From NCBI GenBank assembly GCA_028864975.1, contig JAGWLG010000002.1, forward strand, positions 64,001-128,000: 64,000 bases of DNA. Direction: 5' to 3'. This document shows positions 17,587 through 27,045 of the stretch, one piece after another; position 1 is the stretch's first letter; the number at the start of each line of letters is the position of its first letter. This DNA comes from Thermoplasmata archaeon. Lineage in GTDB: Archaea > Thermoplasmatota > Thermoplasmata > Lutacidiplasmatales > UBA184. A program made the translations under genes and the position numbers. Below the pieces are notes generated by a model. It did not search any database. It saw only the letters and a list, made by a program, of their open reading frames with translations, and had not been told where the DNA came from.

Positions 17587-17641
17587 CGGCGTATTCGCGG
17601 AGACTTCCTCCGACCCGCTGACGCTCCCGAGGAGCGATCGC

Positions 17642-18433
17642 CTACCTTCGGGCGACGAGGATCACGTTGGAGAGCTCTCGCCATAGCACGGCGGACTCCC
17701 GGAACCCCGCCGCCCGCAGGTACCGCCGGTGCTCCTCCTCCGACGGTTCGACCTCGTGGTGGGTCGGCTCAGGGAAGAGGGCGTTCCGTCTCTTGAGCGC
17801 CTCGTGCAGCGACGGGTCGCGGCCGGCCTCGCGCCACCATTCGCGCCACTCGAGGGCGGACCGGCGGACCTCAAGGACCCGTTGTCGTCGATGCAACGTC
17901 TCGGAAGCGAGTTCGCGAAGACGGGGGCTCTCCTCTCCCAGAGGGGCCTTGTCGCCGTTGAGCAGGACCCCTCCGGGGCGGAGCAAGGTCCGAAGGTCTC
18001 GGTAGACACGCCGAAGTTGTGGGGGAAGGAACCAGTGCAGTGCCGTGGTCGAGAGGACCGCGTCGAAGCGCCCCGGGGGCAGGGCGCGGGCCCACGTGGG
18101 AGAGCGCAGGTCGCTCTCCACCCAGCGCAGCCGTTGGGCGACCGAGGGGGGCGCCGACGTCCTCCCGATCGTGAGGAGGAGCGGGTCGATGTCCACGGCG
18201 ACCACGCGGGCCCGTGGGAACCTCGCGAGCAGGCGGAAGGAAAGCGAGCCCGGGCCGCATCCCACGTCCAGGGCGCGGAACGTCGAAGGAAGACCGGCCT
18301 CGAGCAGGTCGAACATCGCCGTGAAGCGAGCTTCGCGGGAGGGAATGTAGCGCGTCTGCATCCGGTCCCACGAGGTCAGGAGGGCCCGGGCACGGGCCCG
18401 GGTGAGCGGGGGAGTAGGGGGAGGAGGGGACAT
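17642..18433 (-). CDS. Class I SAM-dependent methyltransferase
   Basis: RALDVGCGPGSL, VVAVDIDPLLL, FDAVLSTTALHW, LLRPGGVLLNGD. Confidence 0.92.
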   Translation of the reverse strand: MSPPPPTPPLTRARARALLTSWDRMQTRYIPSREARFTAMFDLLEAGLPSTFRALDVGCGPGSLSFRLLARFPRARVVAVDIDPLLLTIGRTSAPPSVAQRLRWVESDLRSPTWARALPPGRFDAVLSTTALHWFLPPQLRRVYRDLRTLLRPGGVLLNGDKAPLGEESPRLRELASETLHRRQRVLEVRRSALEWREWWREAGRDPSLHEALKRRNALFPEPTHHEVEPSEEEHRRYLRAAGFRESAVLWRELSNVILVARR

Positions 18434-18440
18434 GCGACCC

Positions 18441-19493
18441 CTACCCGGGGGCCTTGAGCGCGGAGAGCGCCTCGGGATGCTCGGCGAAGTAGCGGTTCGC
18501 GGGGGCCATGATCCGCTGGAGGCCGACGGCGACCGAGGCCTTCAGGTCCTGCGGGTGGAGCTTCCCCTCCTTCCAGGTCGCGAGGAACTCCTCCTCCTTC
18601 GAGAAGGAGAGAGGGCCCCCATACTTGGCCGGGCGCTCCACCTCGAGCTTTCCGAGCCACGGGAGCACCACGTAGCGCGCGAGCTCGAGGACCGGGTTCC
18701 CCTCCACCTCCTTCACGGGGCAGAAGGCTCCCTTGAGGCGGTCCTCGACGACGGCGTCAGGGGACGGGACGGGGATCCCCGAGGTGGGGTCGCTCTTCGA
18801 CATCTTCCGTTCCATGAGGCCCGGGTCGTCGATGTTCATCCGGCCGCCGCCCTTGAGGGACGAGATCAGAGGGGTATGGAGGGCGACGGGGACGGGCCAT
18901 CCGTAGTGGTGGGCCACCTCGCGGGCGAGGACATGGGCCCGCCGCTGGTCGATCCCCGCGTAGGCCAGGTCGACGGGGAGCTCGAAGATGTCCGCCACCT
19001 GCATCGCGGGATAGAAGAGCTTCGCCGCGTCGACCTCAGCCTCGTCCTCCTTCCTCCCCATGATGGTCACCGCGCGCTTCGCGCGTGCGAGGCTCATCGC
19101 CTTGGCGCAGCGGATGACGCGTGCCCAGTAGTTCTCCGAGGCGACCAGGTCCTTGGCCCATCGGAACCGGACGCCTTCCGCCGCCTCCAGGGCGCGGAAG
19201 GTCTCCGACATGGCGCGACCGGCCAGACGGATCCTCTCGAGGGAGCCTCCGAGCTTGTCGTTGATGAGGGCGTGCCAGTCCGCGAGGAAGACCGTGACCT
19301 GGAACCCTGCGTGGGCGAGGTCGCGGACCTTCGCGATCGTGACGAGCTGGCCCACGGTGAAGAGCCCGCTCGGTTCGTAGCCGATGTAGGCCTTCGGGTG
19401 GTCCTCCCGTGCGAGGAGTGCACGCACCTCTTCGTTAACGAGGACCTCCTGGGCGTTGCGGAGCACCAGGGCGACGCGCTCTTCGAGGTCCAT
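18441..19493 (-). CDS. tyrS: Tyrosine--tRNA ligase (archaeal type)
   Basis: AYIGYEPSG, FLADWHALINDK, FYPAMQVADIF, AGIDQRRAH, KMSKS; the HIGH motif reads TVGQ. Confidence 0.95.
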   Translation of the reverse strand: MDLEERVALVLRNAQEVLVNEEVRALLAREDHPKAYIGYEPSGLFTVGQLVTIAKVRDLAHAGFQVTVFLADWHALINDKLGGSLERIRLAGRAMSETFRALEAAEGVRFRWAKDLVASENYWARVIRCAKAMSLARAKRAVTIMGRKEDEAEVDAAKLFYPAMQVADIFELPVDLAYAGIDQRRAHVLAREVAHHYGWPVPVALHTPLISSLKGGGRMNIDDPGLMERKMSKSDPTSGIPVPSPDAVVEDRLKGAFCPVKEVEGNPVLELARYVVLPWLGKLEVERPAKYGGPLSFSKEEEFLATWKEGKLHPQDLKASVAVGLQRIMAPANRYFAEHPEALSALKAPG

Positions 19494-19534
19494 GTCGGGG
19501 GGTGGGAGCTCTCCCTGATGAAGAACCTTGGCCG

Positions 19535-20530
19535 TCAGCCGGGGGGACGGGCGACCGACTCGTCCACCGTCGAGTCGTAGACCTCTCCCGGGGGGACAGC
19601 TTCCGCCTCCTCCGGGGAGAGGGCGGAGAGGACCGCCCGCTCGGTCGCGAGCTCGGCCCGTTGGGTCGCACGACGGAAGGCTAGGACCTCGAAGAGGAGC
19701 GCGGCGGCCGGCACCAGGAGCACGAGGACCGCGCTGTCAAGGAACTCCGTCGCGGGCGAAGGGGAGGACGGGGTGCTCACGCCGGGGACGTCGGCGACGC
19801 TCAAGTTCGCCGTAACGGGCTCCGAGGCGGTCGGAGCACGGGAGGTGGCCTCGAGCGCGCGGTAACCCGAGATGGAGGGGTCGTAGAGCCCCTGGAGCGT
19901 CCACGCCGCGAGCGGGCCGGAGGAGAGGGTGCGGAGGACGACGGAGAGGGTCGTCGCGTACTGCCGGTAGGAGTTGCAGACGTAGAGCACGCACGAGGTG
20001 GAGCTCCCCGGGGGGTAGAGGCGCTGGTAGGTCGCGTTGACCTGGGCGAACGTGCTCGCGATGGCGCTGCTGCAGGCGCCGCCAACGACGGCGGAGACGG
20101 TCGTCGACCACACCCCTCCCGCCCCGAGGGGGAAGGAGAGCCCTCCGGGCACCGGACGCGAAAGGTTCGCCCAGGAGGTTCCGTTGGGACATTGCCACGC
20201 GATCCCCTCCAGGTATCCGTTGACCCCGTCCAGGACCCAACCCGCGAAGGGCCAGGTCGACGCGACGGGACCGCGGGCGCTCCAGTTCCATCGCTCGAGC
20301 ACGGGAGTATCATGGGCGCCCGTGAGGGCCAGGTTCAGCGCCACGGTCCCCCCGTTCGGAAGGACCGACCCCTCGTAGGTCGAGTCCGCGACGTACGTCC
20401 AAGTTGCGGTCCCGAGGACGGGTGGGGGCCCGTAGGTGGGGTCCCGCGCGGGGGGAAGCAGGAGGGGGAGCACGACGAGCGAGGCGACCCAGAGGGCGAG
20501 GTAGAGGAGGAGGCGGCGCCGGGCCTGCAC
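19535..20530 (-). CDS. Membrane protein with N- and C-terminal TM segments and a Cys-containing Ser/Thr-rich extracellular domain
   Basis: GTG 20530 gives MQARRRLLLYLALWVASLVVLPLLL; C-terminal SAVLVLLVPAAALLFEVLAF; coding-like codon usage. Confidence 0.7.
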   Translation of the reverse strand: MQARRRLLLYLALWVASLVVLPLLLPPARDPTYGPPPVLGTATWTYVADSTYEGSVLPNGGTVALNLALTGAHDTPVLERWNWSARGPVASTWPFAGWVLDGVNGYLEGIAWQCPNGTSWANLSRPVPGGLSFPLGAGGVWSTTVSAVVGGACSSAIASTFAQVNATYQRLYPPGSSTSCVLYVCNSYRQYATTLSVVLRTLSSGPLAAWTLQGLYDPSISGYRALEATSRAPTASEPVTANLSVADVPGVSTPSSPSPATEFLDSAVLVLLVPAAALLFEVLAFRRATQRAELATERAVLSALSPEEAEAVPPGEVYDSTVDESVARPPG

Positions 20531-20803
20531 GTGGTGGGCAAGGGAAGGGCGCCCATACCCTTTCTCGCCGCACGTCGCACCGAAATCGGGGTGCGAGCGC
20601 GCCTCGGGGCCGAGCGTGGGCGACCGACCTCGGCCCCCCAGCGCGGCCTGAGCCTCCTGAAGGAGCCTTGCGACGGGAGGACTTGCGCCCCGGGGCCCAC
20701 CTTCCACCCTCCCCATCGGCTTCGGGGAGGACCCGCCGACCGCCCAGTCGAACGGCGGGATTCAAATACCGGTCCGGGGCGTGAATGCCCCGCGGAGCGC
20801 AAC

Positions 20804-21466
20804 ATGAGGAAGGGACTGGTGATCGTGGGGGTCGTCCTGCTGGCCTTGGGAGCGGTGCTGATGTTCGTCCCGCTGATCCCTTCGACGATAAGTTCGACGG
20901 CGAGCAACCCTTCGGCCAACGGCGGAATGATCGGCTACAACATCTACCAGTCCAGCTTCTCCCTGACCGGGGGAACCACCGGCAAGTTCTCCTTCTCCTC
21001 TTCCTCCCCGGTGGACATCGCGGTCATCACCTGCTCCCGCGCGGTCACCACCTCGCAGCTTCAGCAGGCCACCACCAGCGCCCAGTTCAATGCGGCCTGC
21101 GGGACCAACACCACATACGGGACGACGCAGGTCGGAGGCTTCTCGTTCTCGAACGGCACGAGCGGTCCCTTCTCCGTGACCATCCCCTCCGGAGGGACCC
21201 TCATCTGGTTCGCGCTCTCGGGACAGAACTCCCCTCCGACCGTGACCGTGACGACGACGTACACCTCCCCGCTGCTCGGGCTGGTGCTCTTGGTCATCGG
21301 CGTGCTCCTCCTGCTCTTGGGGGTGGCCCTCAAGTCGAAGAAGCAGAAGCAGGCCGCGACCTCTCTGCCTCCGCCCCAGCCGTGGGGCCCTCCTTCCGGC
21401 CAAGGTGTGGCGTCGCCAGGAGCTCCCCCACCGGCCTGGCAACAGCCTCCTCCACCCTCGCGATAG
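20804..21466 (+). CDS. 2-TM membrane protein with an extracellular beta-domain and a Pro/Gln-rich cytoplasmic tail
   Basis: MRKGLVIVGVVLLALGAVLMFVP...LLGLVLLVIGVLLLLLGVALK; Cys pair; TTCAAATA promoter at 20761. Confidence 0.8.
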   Translation: MRKGLVIVGVVLLALGAVLMFVPLIPSTISSTASNPSANGGMIGYNIYQSSFSLTGGTTGKFSFSSSSPVDIAVITCSRAVTTSQLQQATTSAQFNAACGTNTTYGTTQVGGFSFSNGTSGPFSVTIPSGGTLIWFALSGQNSPPTVTVTTTYTSPLLGLVLLVIGVLLLLLGVALKSKKQKQAATSLPPPQPWGPPSGQGVASPGAPPPAWQQPPPPSR

Positions 21467-21707
21467 TCGAGGCGAGGGGCCGCTTTCGCGTCGCAGCGCA
21501 AGCGCAGCGGCGGCGCCCCGTGAAGGGCTCAGGCCCCTGGCCGCCCCGTATGGGGCGATCCTCCCATCCCGTCCTGTCCATCGGTCCGCTCCAAGCCCCG
21601 ATGGGGGGAGCGCGGCAGAGGGACCGGAGCGTCGTGGCGCGGAGGTGCACCTTCCCCCGGGGCCTTTTATAGAGAGCAGAGCCATGGCTCGCCCTGGGGA
21701 GCCCTCA

Positions 21708-22364
21708 GTGCGACCCGTCTTCGCCCTTGTCGGTTCGGCTATCCTGGTCCTTCTCGCGCTCCTCTCTTACTTCGTTGCGGCGGGGTTCCAGCAGCAGAAC
21801 AGCCTCTACCTCTCCTCTGGGCCCCTCTACACGGGAGGGGCGGGGTCGGCGGTGGTCGATCCCACCTCGTCGGAGGACACTTTCCTTCCGAACATCCCGG
21901 TGAACGTCACCGTGACCGACCTCCCGGCTGGGGCGACGGTCTACGCCTTCCCGTGTCCCACGGGGGTGACGAACTCGACCCAGTGTGCCAAGAGCGCCCC
22001 CTCGTTCATCGATTCCTGGACCGGCAACGGGGACGGGCACCCGGTCTTCCTCCACTTCAACGTCAACGTCGGGCACGCTTTCGTGCTCACGACCAATGCC
22101 GGCCGGGGTGCCCAGGTCGCCTACACGGCGAAGGTCCCGCTGTGGGCCCTCCAGACGTGGGTGGTCGTGATCGTCATGATCGTGGGGATCGTTCTGGTCG
22201 GGGTGGGCCTCTCCCGGGGGCACTCCTCGGGGTCGGCGGCCTCCTATGGCGAACCGGCCGGATACTCCTCACCCCCCCTTCGGCGGTTCTGCGAGACCTG
22301 CGGGAGCCGCTTCCCCGACGACATGACAATGTACTGCCCCTCCTGCGGCGCGCCCCGGATGTGA
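21708..22364 (+). CDS. 2-TM membrane protein with an extracellular domain and a C-terminal zinc ribbon
   Basis: Two hydrophobic segments; C-terminal CETC...CPSC; GTG 21708 with a GGGGAG SD and TATA at 21664 (alternative ATG 21684). Confidence 0.8.
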   Translation: MRPVFALVGSAILVLLALLSYFVAAGFQQQNSLYLSSGPLYTGGAGSAVVDPTSSEDTFLPNIPVNVTVTDLPAGATVYAFPCPTGVTNSTQCAKSAPSFIDSWTGNGDGHPVFLHFNVNVGHAFVLTTNAGRGAQVAYTAKVPLWALQTWVVVIVMIVGIVLVGVGLSRGHSSGSAASYGEPAGYSSPPLRRFCETCGSRFPDDMTMYCPSCGAPRM

Positions 22365-22374
22365 GGTGGGAACG

Positions 22375-23640
22375 GTGAGAGAAGGTCTACTGTTCCCCGG
22401 TGTGGTCCTCACGGTCCTGATGATCCTGTTCGCCTTCGCTCCTCTCCCGAACGCTCCGTCCGGGCAGGTGAGCTCGGCCCGGGCGCTCACGGTGAAGCCC
22501 CCCGCCTTCCCCTACTCGGAGGAGACGCCGATCAGCGTCAGCTGGAACGGGGGGAACGCTAGCACCTTCCTCGAGATCATCCCGTGCCTGGACTCGAACT
22601 GCTCTGCCGGGCCGAAGGCCCCCGTCACCGCGCCGCTCACGGTCAACGGAGGGGCCGTTGTGGCCAACGGGAGCTCGGGCGGCTTCACGGTCTGGGTCTC
22701 CACGACGCTGAGCCTGCTCATCGTGACGAACTCTCTCGCGCCGCTCAGCGTCACCGTGACGTGGAACGAGATGCCGGAGTTCGGGTTGCTCTGGGAGATC
22801 CTGACGGTCGTGGGCATCCTCCTCACGATCGGCGGGATGGTGCTCCCCGAGCACGGGGCCCCCCGCGGGCACCACCGGCGGCTTTCCTACGCCCACTGGA
22901 GGCACCACGCCTTCGCGCTCCCCCCTCACCTTCCCTCGACGGGGCTGACCTGCTCCGCCTGCGGGCTCTCGGACATCCCGCACGAGGACGACTTCTGCCC
23001 GCGTTGCCAAGCCCCCTTGCCGCGGGCCTCGACGGTCGTCCCCGGTCCTCCGTCGACCGCGGCGGCCGCCCCGGCCTCCCCCGCACGCCCCCGTGGCGCG
23101 GAGATGGCGGCGGGGACCGCCGCGGCGGCGTCGGCGGCCGGCACGGTGGCCGCCGTGCCCCCCAAGAAGCGCGTCGCGGTGAACAAGTCGAAGGTCGCGG
23201 GGCAGTCGCTCTCCGTCGCCGACCCCGACCCGCTACGACCCTGGCGCGTGATGAAGGGCCTCGGGTTCGCTCCCGAAGAGGCCGTCGTCTTCACCCGCGA
23301 GGACCCGGTGGTCCTGGAGGAGAAGTACCACCTGACCGCTCAGCAGGTCCACATCATCAGCCGCACCGAAGGGGAGGGGACGATCTCCCCCTCGGAGTGC
23401 GACAAGATCGCGGACCTCGCCGACCAGCATCTTCGCAGCCACGCGGGGGGCGTCGTGGTCCTGACCGACCCGAACTACTTCGTGACCCACGGTGGGTTCG
23501 ACGTGCTTCGTAGGTTGGTGCTCGCGATCCAGGACCACGCCCGCGAGCAACGCGGGACCTTCATCCTCGCCTTCAACCCGTCGGTCTTCACGCCCGACCA
23601 GCGAGCGCAGCTCGAGGAGCGGATGCGCAAGGTCGTGTGA
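22375..23640 (+). CDS. 2-TM membrane protein + zinc ribbon + C-terminal DUF835
   Basis: MREGLLFPGVVL...; CSAC...CPRC; ISRTEGE...HLRSHAGGVVVLTDPNYFV...FNPSVF...AQLEER DUF835 pattern. Confidence 0.85.
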   Translation: MREGLLFPGVVLTVLMILFAFAPLPNAPSGQVSSARALTVKPPAFPYSEETPISVSWNGGNASTFLEIIPCLDSNCSAGPKAPVTAPLTVNGGAVVANGSSGGFTVWVSTTLSLLIVTNSLAPLSVTVTWNEMPEFGLLWEILTVVGILLTIGGMVLPEHGAPRGHHRRLSYAHWRHHAFALPPHLPSTGLTCSACGLSDIPHEDDFCPRCQAPLPRASTVVPGPPSTAAAAPASPARPRGAEMAAGTAAAASAAGTVAAVPPKKRVAVNKSKVAGQSLSVADPDPLRPWRVMKGLGFAPEEAVVFTREDPVVLEEKYHLTAQQVHIISRTEGEGTISPSECDKIADLADQHLRSHAGGVVVLTDPNYFVTHGGFDVLRRLVLAIQDHAREQRGTFILAFNPSVFTPDQRAQLEERMRKVV

Positions 23641-24188
23641 CCGACGGCATTACCCCTGCTGCACCGCTCCGATTCCGTCCGACCCGACGCCTCGAGCGCT
23701 CCCCCCATGGGGAGCGGCTGTTGGAGGCGGCGCTCGAGGTCGCTCCGGCCTTCCCCGAGCTTGCGGGAGAGGTCCGGTTGGACCTGCTCCCCAGCTCCTC
23801 CCGCTACCGTGGGCTGACCTTCGCGCTGGAGCGGCCGCCGAGGGTGGCCGTTCGACCTCACAGCCGGACGCCGATCGCGCTCCGCGCGACGTTGGCGCAC
23901 GAGTTCGTCCACCTGCTGCAGCCCCCCCATGGGGACATCCCCGGAGGGGAGCGCTCGTGCGACCTCTACGCGATGGCGAGAGTGGGGAGCCGATACCCGC
24001 ACCCCCCCGCCTATCTTCGACTTCCCCGGGGGCTCGCCCGCGCGTGGGCGCAATGGGCACCCCTGGCCCAGACGCTGGCGCGGGAGTCGTTGGAGCGGCG
24101 GGAAGCGGGGGAACGACGCTACATCGTCGACTGGGAGCGGCGCTTGCGCGACGCGGCGAAGGATGTAGCGACGACGCCGGGGAACTGA
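23637..24188 (+). CDS. Zincin-like HExxH metallopeptidase (SprT/IrrE-ImmA-like)
   Basis: ATLAHEFVHLLQ followed by GERSCDLYAMAR; start overlaps the previous stop (GTGA). Confidence 0.7.
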   Translation: MTDGITPAAPLRFRPTRRLERSPHGERLLEAALEVAPAFPELAGEVRLDLLPSSSRYRGLTFALERPPRVAVRPHSRTPIALRATLAHEFVHLLQPPHGDIPGGERSCDLYAMARVGSRYPHPPAYLRLPRGLARAWAQWAPLAQTLARESLERREAGERRYIVDWERRLRDAAKDVATTPGN

Positions 24189-24265
24189 GGAGGGCCGCTA
24201 CTTCCGCGCGGACCGTTCTCCGGCGACATTTTGCGTCCCGAAGAATCCCGCCGTTCCGCCGCCAG

Positions 24266-24273
24266 TATAAATA
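24266..24273 (+). promoter_or_regulatory. Consensus archaeal TATA box
   Basis: TATAAATA about 30 nt upstream of ATG 24304. Confidence 0.7.
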
Positions 24274-24303
24274 TCCACCCTGCCGCTATGGTAAAGGCAC
24301 GCC

Positions 24304-26904
24304 ATGGCGGAAGCGTCCCAACGCTCGACGCTTCCCCCGCAGGGGAAGGAGTCCCTCGCCCGGGAAGCGCGGGTGGACAGGTTCGAATCCGAGCTCAAGA
24401 TCACCCACGAGCAGGCGGTCCGGCTCGAAGAGGCAGGGTACCGGTCCCCGGACGAGGTACGGCTCTCGGAGCCCGAACGCCTCTCGAAGCTGGACTTCTC
24501 CGACGAGGAGATCAAGCGCCTTCGGGAGGGGGAGCCGACGGCGGCCGAGGGCGGCGAAGCCCCTTCCGATGCGCTGCTCGAGAAGTGGCTCCAGGACCGC
24601 AAGCGCTCGGGGTCCGATCGTGCTGCGCGCGGGAAACGTCCGAAGGGGCTCGCCGGGAAGAACGCGCCCGGCGCGGACCTGCTCAAGCGATGGGTGGCAG
24701 GCGACGACAGCGTGATGGACGCCTGGATCAAGGAGGAGCCGGCGAAGGCCGCGGCGGGCGGGACGGCGTCTGCCGGGGGGCCGCCGGGACCCGCTGCTCC
24801 GACATCCCCCTCCAACACCCCTGCGCCTTCCCCGGGCTCCTCGGAGACCCTCGCCCCTTCGCCGCCCTCTCCTCCCCCCACCCCTCCCGCCACCGAAAGC
24901 GCGGGGCCGACCCCTTCCGTCACCTCGGTGGCCCCCGTTCCTTCCGGCCCCACGGCCCCTGGCGCGCCCGGCGCGGTCGGTCCTGCGGGACCCGCGGCCC
25001 CCTCGGCTCCTGCTGCTCCCCCTGCGGGAGAGGTCCCAGCACCCAAGGAGGGGGGGAAAGCACGGCCCCCACCGCTTCGGGCGAAGGCCGCCGCCGCGGC
25101 AGGGGCGGCTCCTGCCGTCGCAGGGGCCGAGATCTCGGACCTGCGGGCCCGGGAAGAGACGGTCCTGAAGTGGCTGACCGAGCTCTTGGACAAGGCCAAG
25201 GCCGAGAACTTCGACCCGGGACAGCTGCTGCGGGAGGCCCAGGACCTGACGCGTCAGCTCCACGAGGAGCGCGGACGACGGCGGGAGCTCGAGGAGGAGC
25301 TCGAGCACGTGAAGAAGGGCTCCGTGGCGGTGATCAAGTACGTCCGCAACCGCGAGGCGCGGGCCCGGGAGGAGGCCATTGCCGCCAAGGAGGCGGACAT
25401 CTTGGAGCTCCGCCGCCAGCTGGAGAGCGCCCGCGCCTCCGGTTCCTCCCTCGACACCCAGAAGGTCCTCGCGGAACGCGACGAGAAGATCCGTTCTCTG
25501 GAGGAGGACCTCGACAAGGCGAAGACCGTCGCCGGGACCTCCACGGGGGCCCAGCACGAGCTCACCGCCCGGTTCCAGGAGGAGATGGAAAAGAAGGACC
25601 GGGACTTCGCGGAGAAGGAGGCCGAGCTCAAGCGCAAGGTGATCAAGGCCGAGGAGGAGGTCCAGAAGGTCCGCAGCGCACAGGAGCTCGCCGAGCGCCA
25701 CGCGCAGCTCGCCAAGATGGACGAGAAGAACCTGACCAGCGAGCTCAAGTCGAAGCTCGCGACGGTGGAGGCCCGGGAGAGGTCCATCGTCACCAAGGAG
25801 ACCGAGTTCAAGACGAAGATCGAAGAGCTGATGGTCAAGGCCGACGAGTTCGAAAAGAAGAGGGCCCCGATGGCCTACAAGGAACAGGAGCTCATCCGAT
25901 GGGAGGAGGAGCTGCGCGTCAAGGAGGGGACCGTCAAGGCCCAGATGCGGGAGGTCGAGCAGGCGAAGAAGGAGGGGACGAACGTCGAGGAGCGCGACAA
26001 GCTGCGCCGCCTGGAGGACCTCAAGGCCGAGATCCAGAAGAAAGAGGACGAGATGCGCCAGAAGGAGGCGTACCTCAACCAGAAGCTGGAGGAGCTCGAG
26101 CGGAAGGAGCGCGACGTCACTGAGGAGGAGATCGAGCGCGCCCGCGAGGACCTGAAGGCGGAGGTCGCGCAGAACAAGGTCAAGACCGGCGTGAACCGGC
26201 TGGACGACCTGCTCCTGGGCGGGGTTCCGCTGGGGACGAGCGTCCTGGTCAACGCGCCCTCCCACACGGGGAAGGACGTGATGGCCCGCCTGATGGCGGC
26301 CGAGGGCCTGAAGAAGGGCGTCCCGATCCTCTGGATCCTCTCCGACAAGGCCACCTCCACGCTACGGGAGGAGATGACGGCGGTCCTGCCGTCGTACCTG
26401 GAGTACGAGAAGAAGGGGCTCGTGCGCTACGTGGACCTCTACTCGATGAGCCTCGGGATCACCACCGCCGACCCGCTGGTCACGATGCTCTCCACCGAGG
26501 ACAAGAACTTCTTGGAGAGCCTCTCGAAGGCCGTCGACGAGGTCGCGGCGGACTTCCGCAAGAAGGCGGAGTACTACCGTCTCATCTTCGAGACCGTGAG
26601 CACGGTCACCGCCTACCTGGACGACGCGCAGTCCTCCTTCCGTTTCCTGCAGCCCTTCGTGGGGCGGCGGAAGCGCGACAAGGCCGTCGCCTACTACCTG
26701 GTCGACACGGGGATGCACAGCGAGAACGACATCCAAGTGCTCGAGCACATGATGGACGGCTCGGTCAACCTGAAGGTCGACCAGCTCAAGACCTATCTCG
26801 CGGTCAAGGGGCTCGGGGATGTCGCGAGCCGCGCGTGGATCGCCTACACCTTCACGAAGAAGGTGTTCAACATCGGCTCCTTCTCGTTGGACCACATTCG
26901 CTAG
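24304..26904 (+). CDS. HhH domain + Pro-rich linker + long coiled coil + C-terminal degenerate KaiC/RAD55-like (RecA-superfamily) ATPase
   Basis: RLEEAGYRSPDEV HhH; E/K/R-rich heptads; KTGVNRLDDLLLGGVP.GTSVLV; Walker A APSHTGKD; Walker B LIFETVS; LEHMMDGSVNL. Confidence 0.85.
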   Translation: MAEASQRSTLPPQGKESLAREARVDRFESELKITHEQAVRLEEAGYRSPDEVRLSEPERLSKLDFSDEEIKRLREGEPTAAEGGEAPSDALLEKWLQDRKRSGSDRAARGKRPKGLAGKNAPGADLLKRWVAGDDSVMDAWIKEEPAKAAAGGTASAGGPPGPAAPTSPSNTPAPSPGSSETLAPSPPSPPPTPPATESAGPTPSVTSVAPVPSGPTAPGAPGAVGPAGPAAPSAPAAPPAGEVPAPKEGGKARPPPLRAKAAAAAGAAPAVAGAEISDLRAREETVLKWLTELLDKAKAENFDPGQLLREAQDLTRQLHEERGRRRELEEELEHVKKGSVAVIKYVRNREARAREEAIAAKEADILELRRQLESARASGSSLDTQKVLAERDEKIRSLEEDLDKAKTVAGTSTGAQHELTARFQEEMEKKDRDFAEKEAELKRKVIKAEEEVQKVRSAQELAERHAQLAKMDEKNLTSELKSKLATVEARERSIVTKETEFKTKIEELMVKADEFEKKRAPMAYKEQELIRWEEELRVKEGTVKAQMREVEQAKKEGTNVEERDKLRRLEDLKAEIQKKEDEMRQKEAYLNQKLEELERKERDVTEEEIERAREDLKAEVAQNKVKTGVNRLDDLLLGGVPLGTSVLVNAPSHTGKDVMARLMAAEGLKKGVPILWILSDKATSTLREEMTAVLPSYLEYEKKGLVRYVDLYSMSLGITTADPLVTMLSTEDKNFLESLSKAVDEVAADFRKKAEYYRLIFETVSTVTAYLDDAQSSFRFLQPFVGRRKRDKAVAYYLVDTGMHSENDIQVLEHMMDGSVNLKVDQLKTYLAVKGLGDVASRAWIAYTFTKKVFNIGSFSLDHIR

Positions 26905-27045
26905 GGCACGCGGCGCCGGTGCGGCCCCGGTGGAGGCAGAGCATCTCAGGGGGCGCGAGGGCTCGGGTTCGACCATTCACGGTGGCGGACATGGCCCCCA
27001 GGGCACTCCCCAAAGAGGATGTCCAAGTGTTGCCCTAGTTCGTAC

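Noticed and set aside
20540-20760. Cluster of hairpins in the divergent intergenic region
   Set aside because: Short GC-only stems without recognisable RNA-family motifs; compatible with chance at this GC content.
26920-26990. tRNA-like fragments (GCCCCGGTGG, GGCAGAGCA, GGGTTCGA)
   Set aside because: No anticodon stem, T-stem or acceptor pairing; most likely chance.
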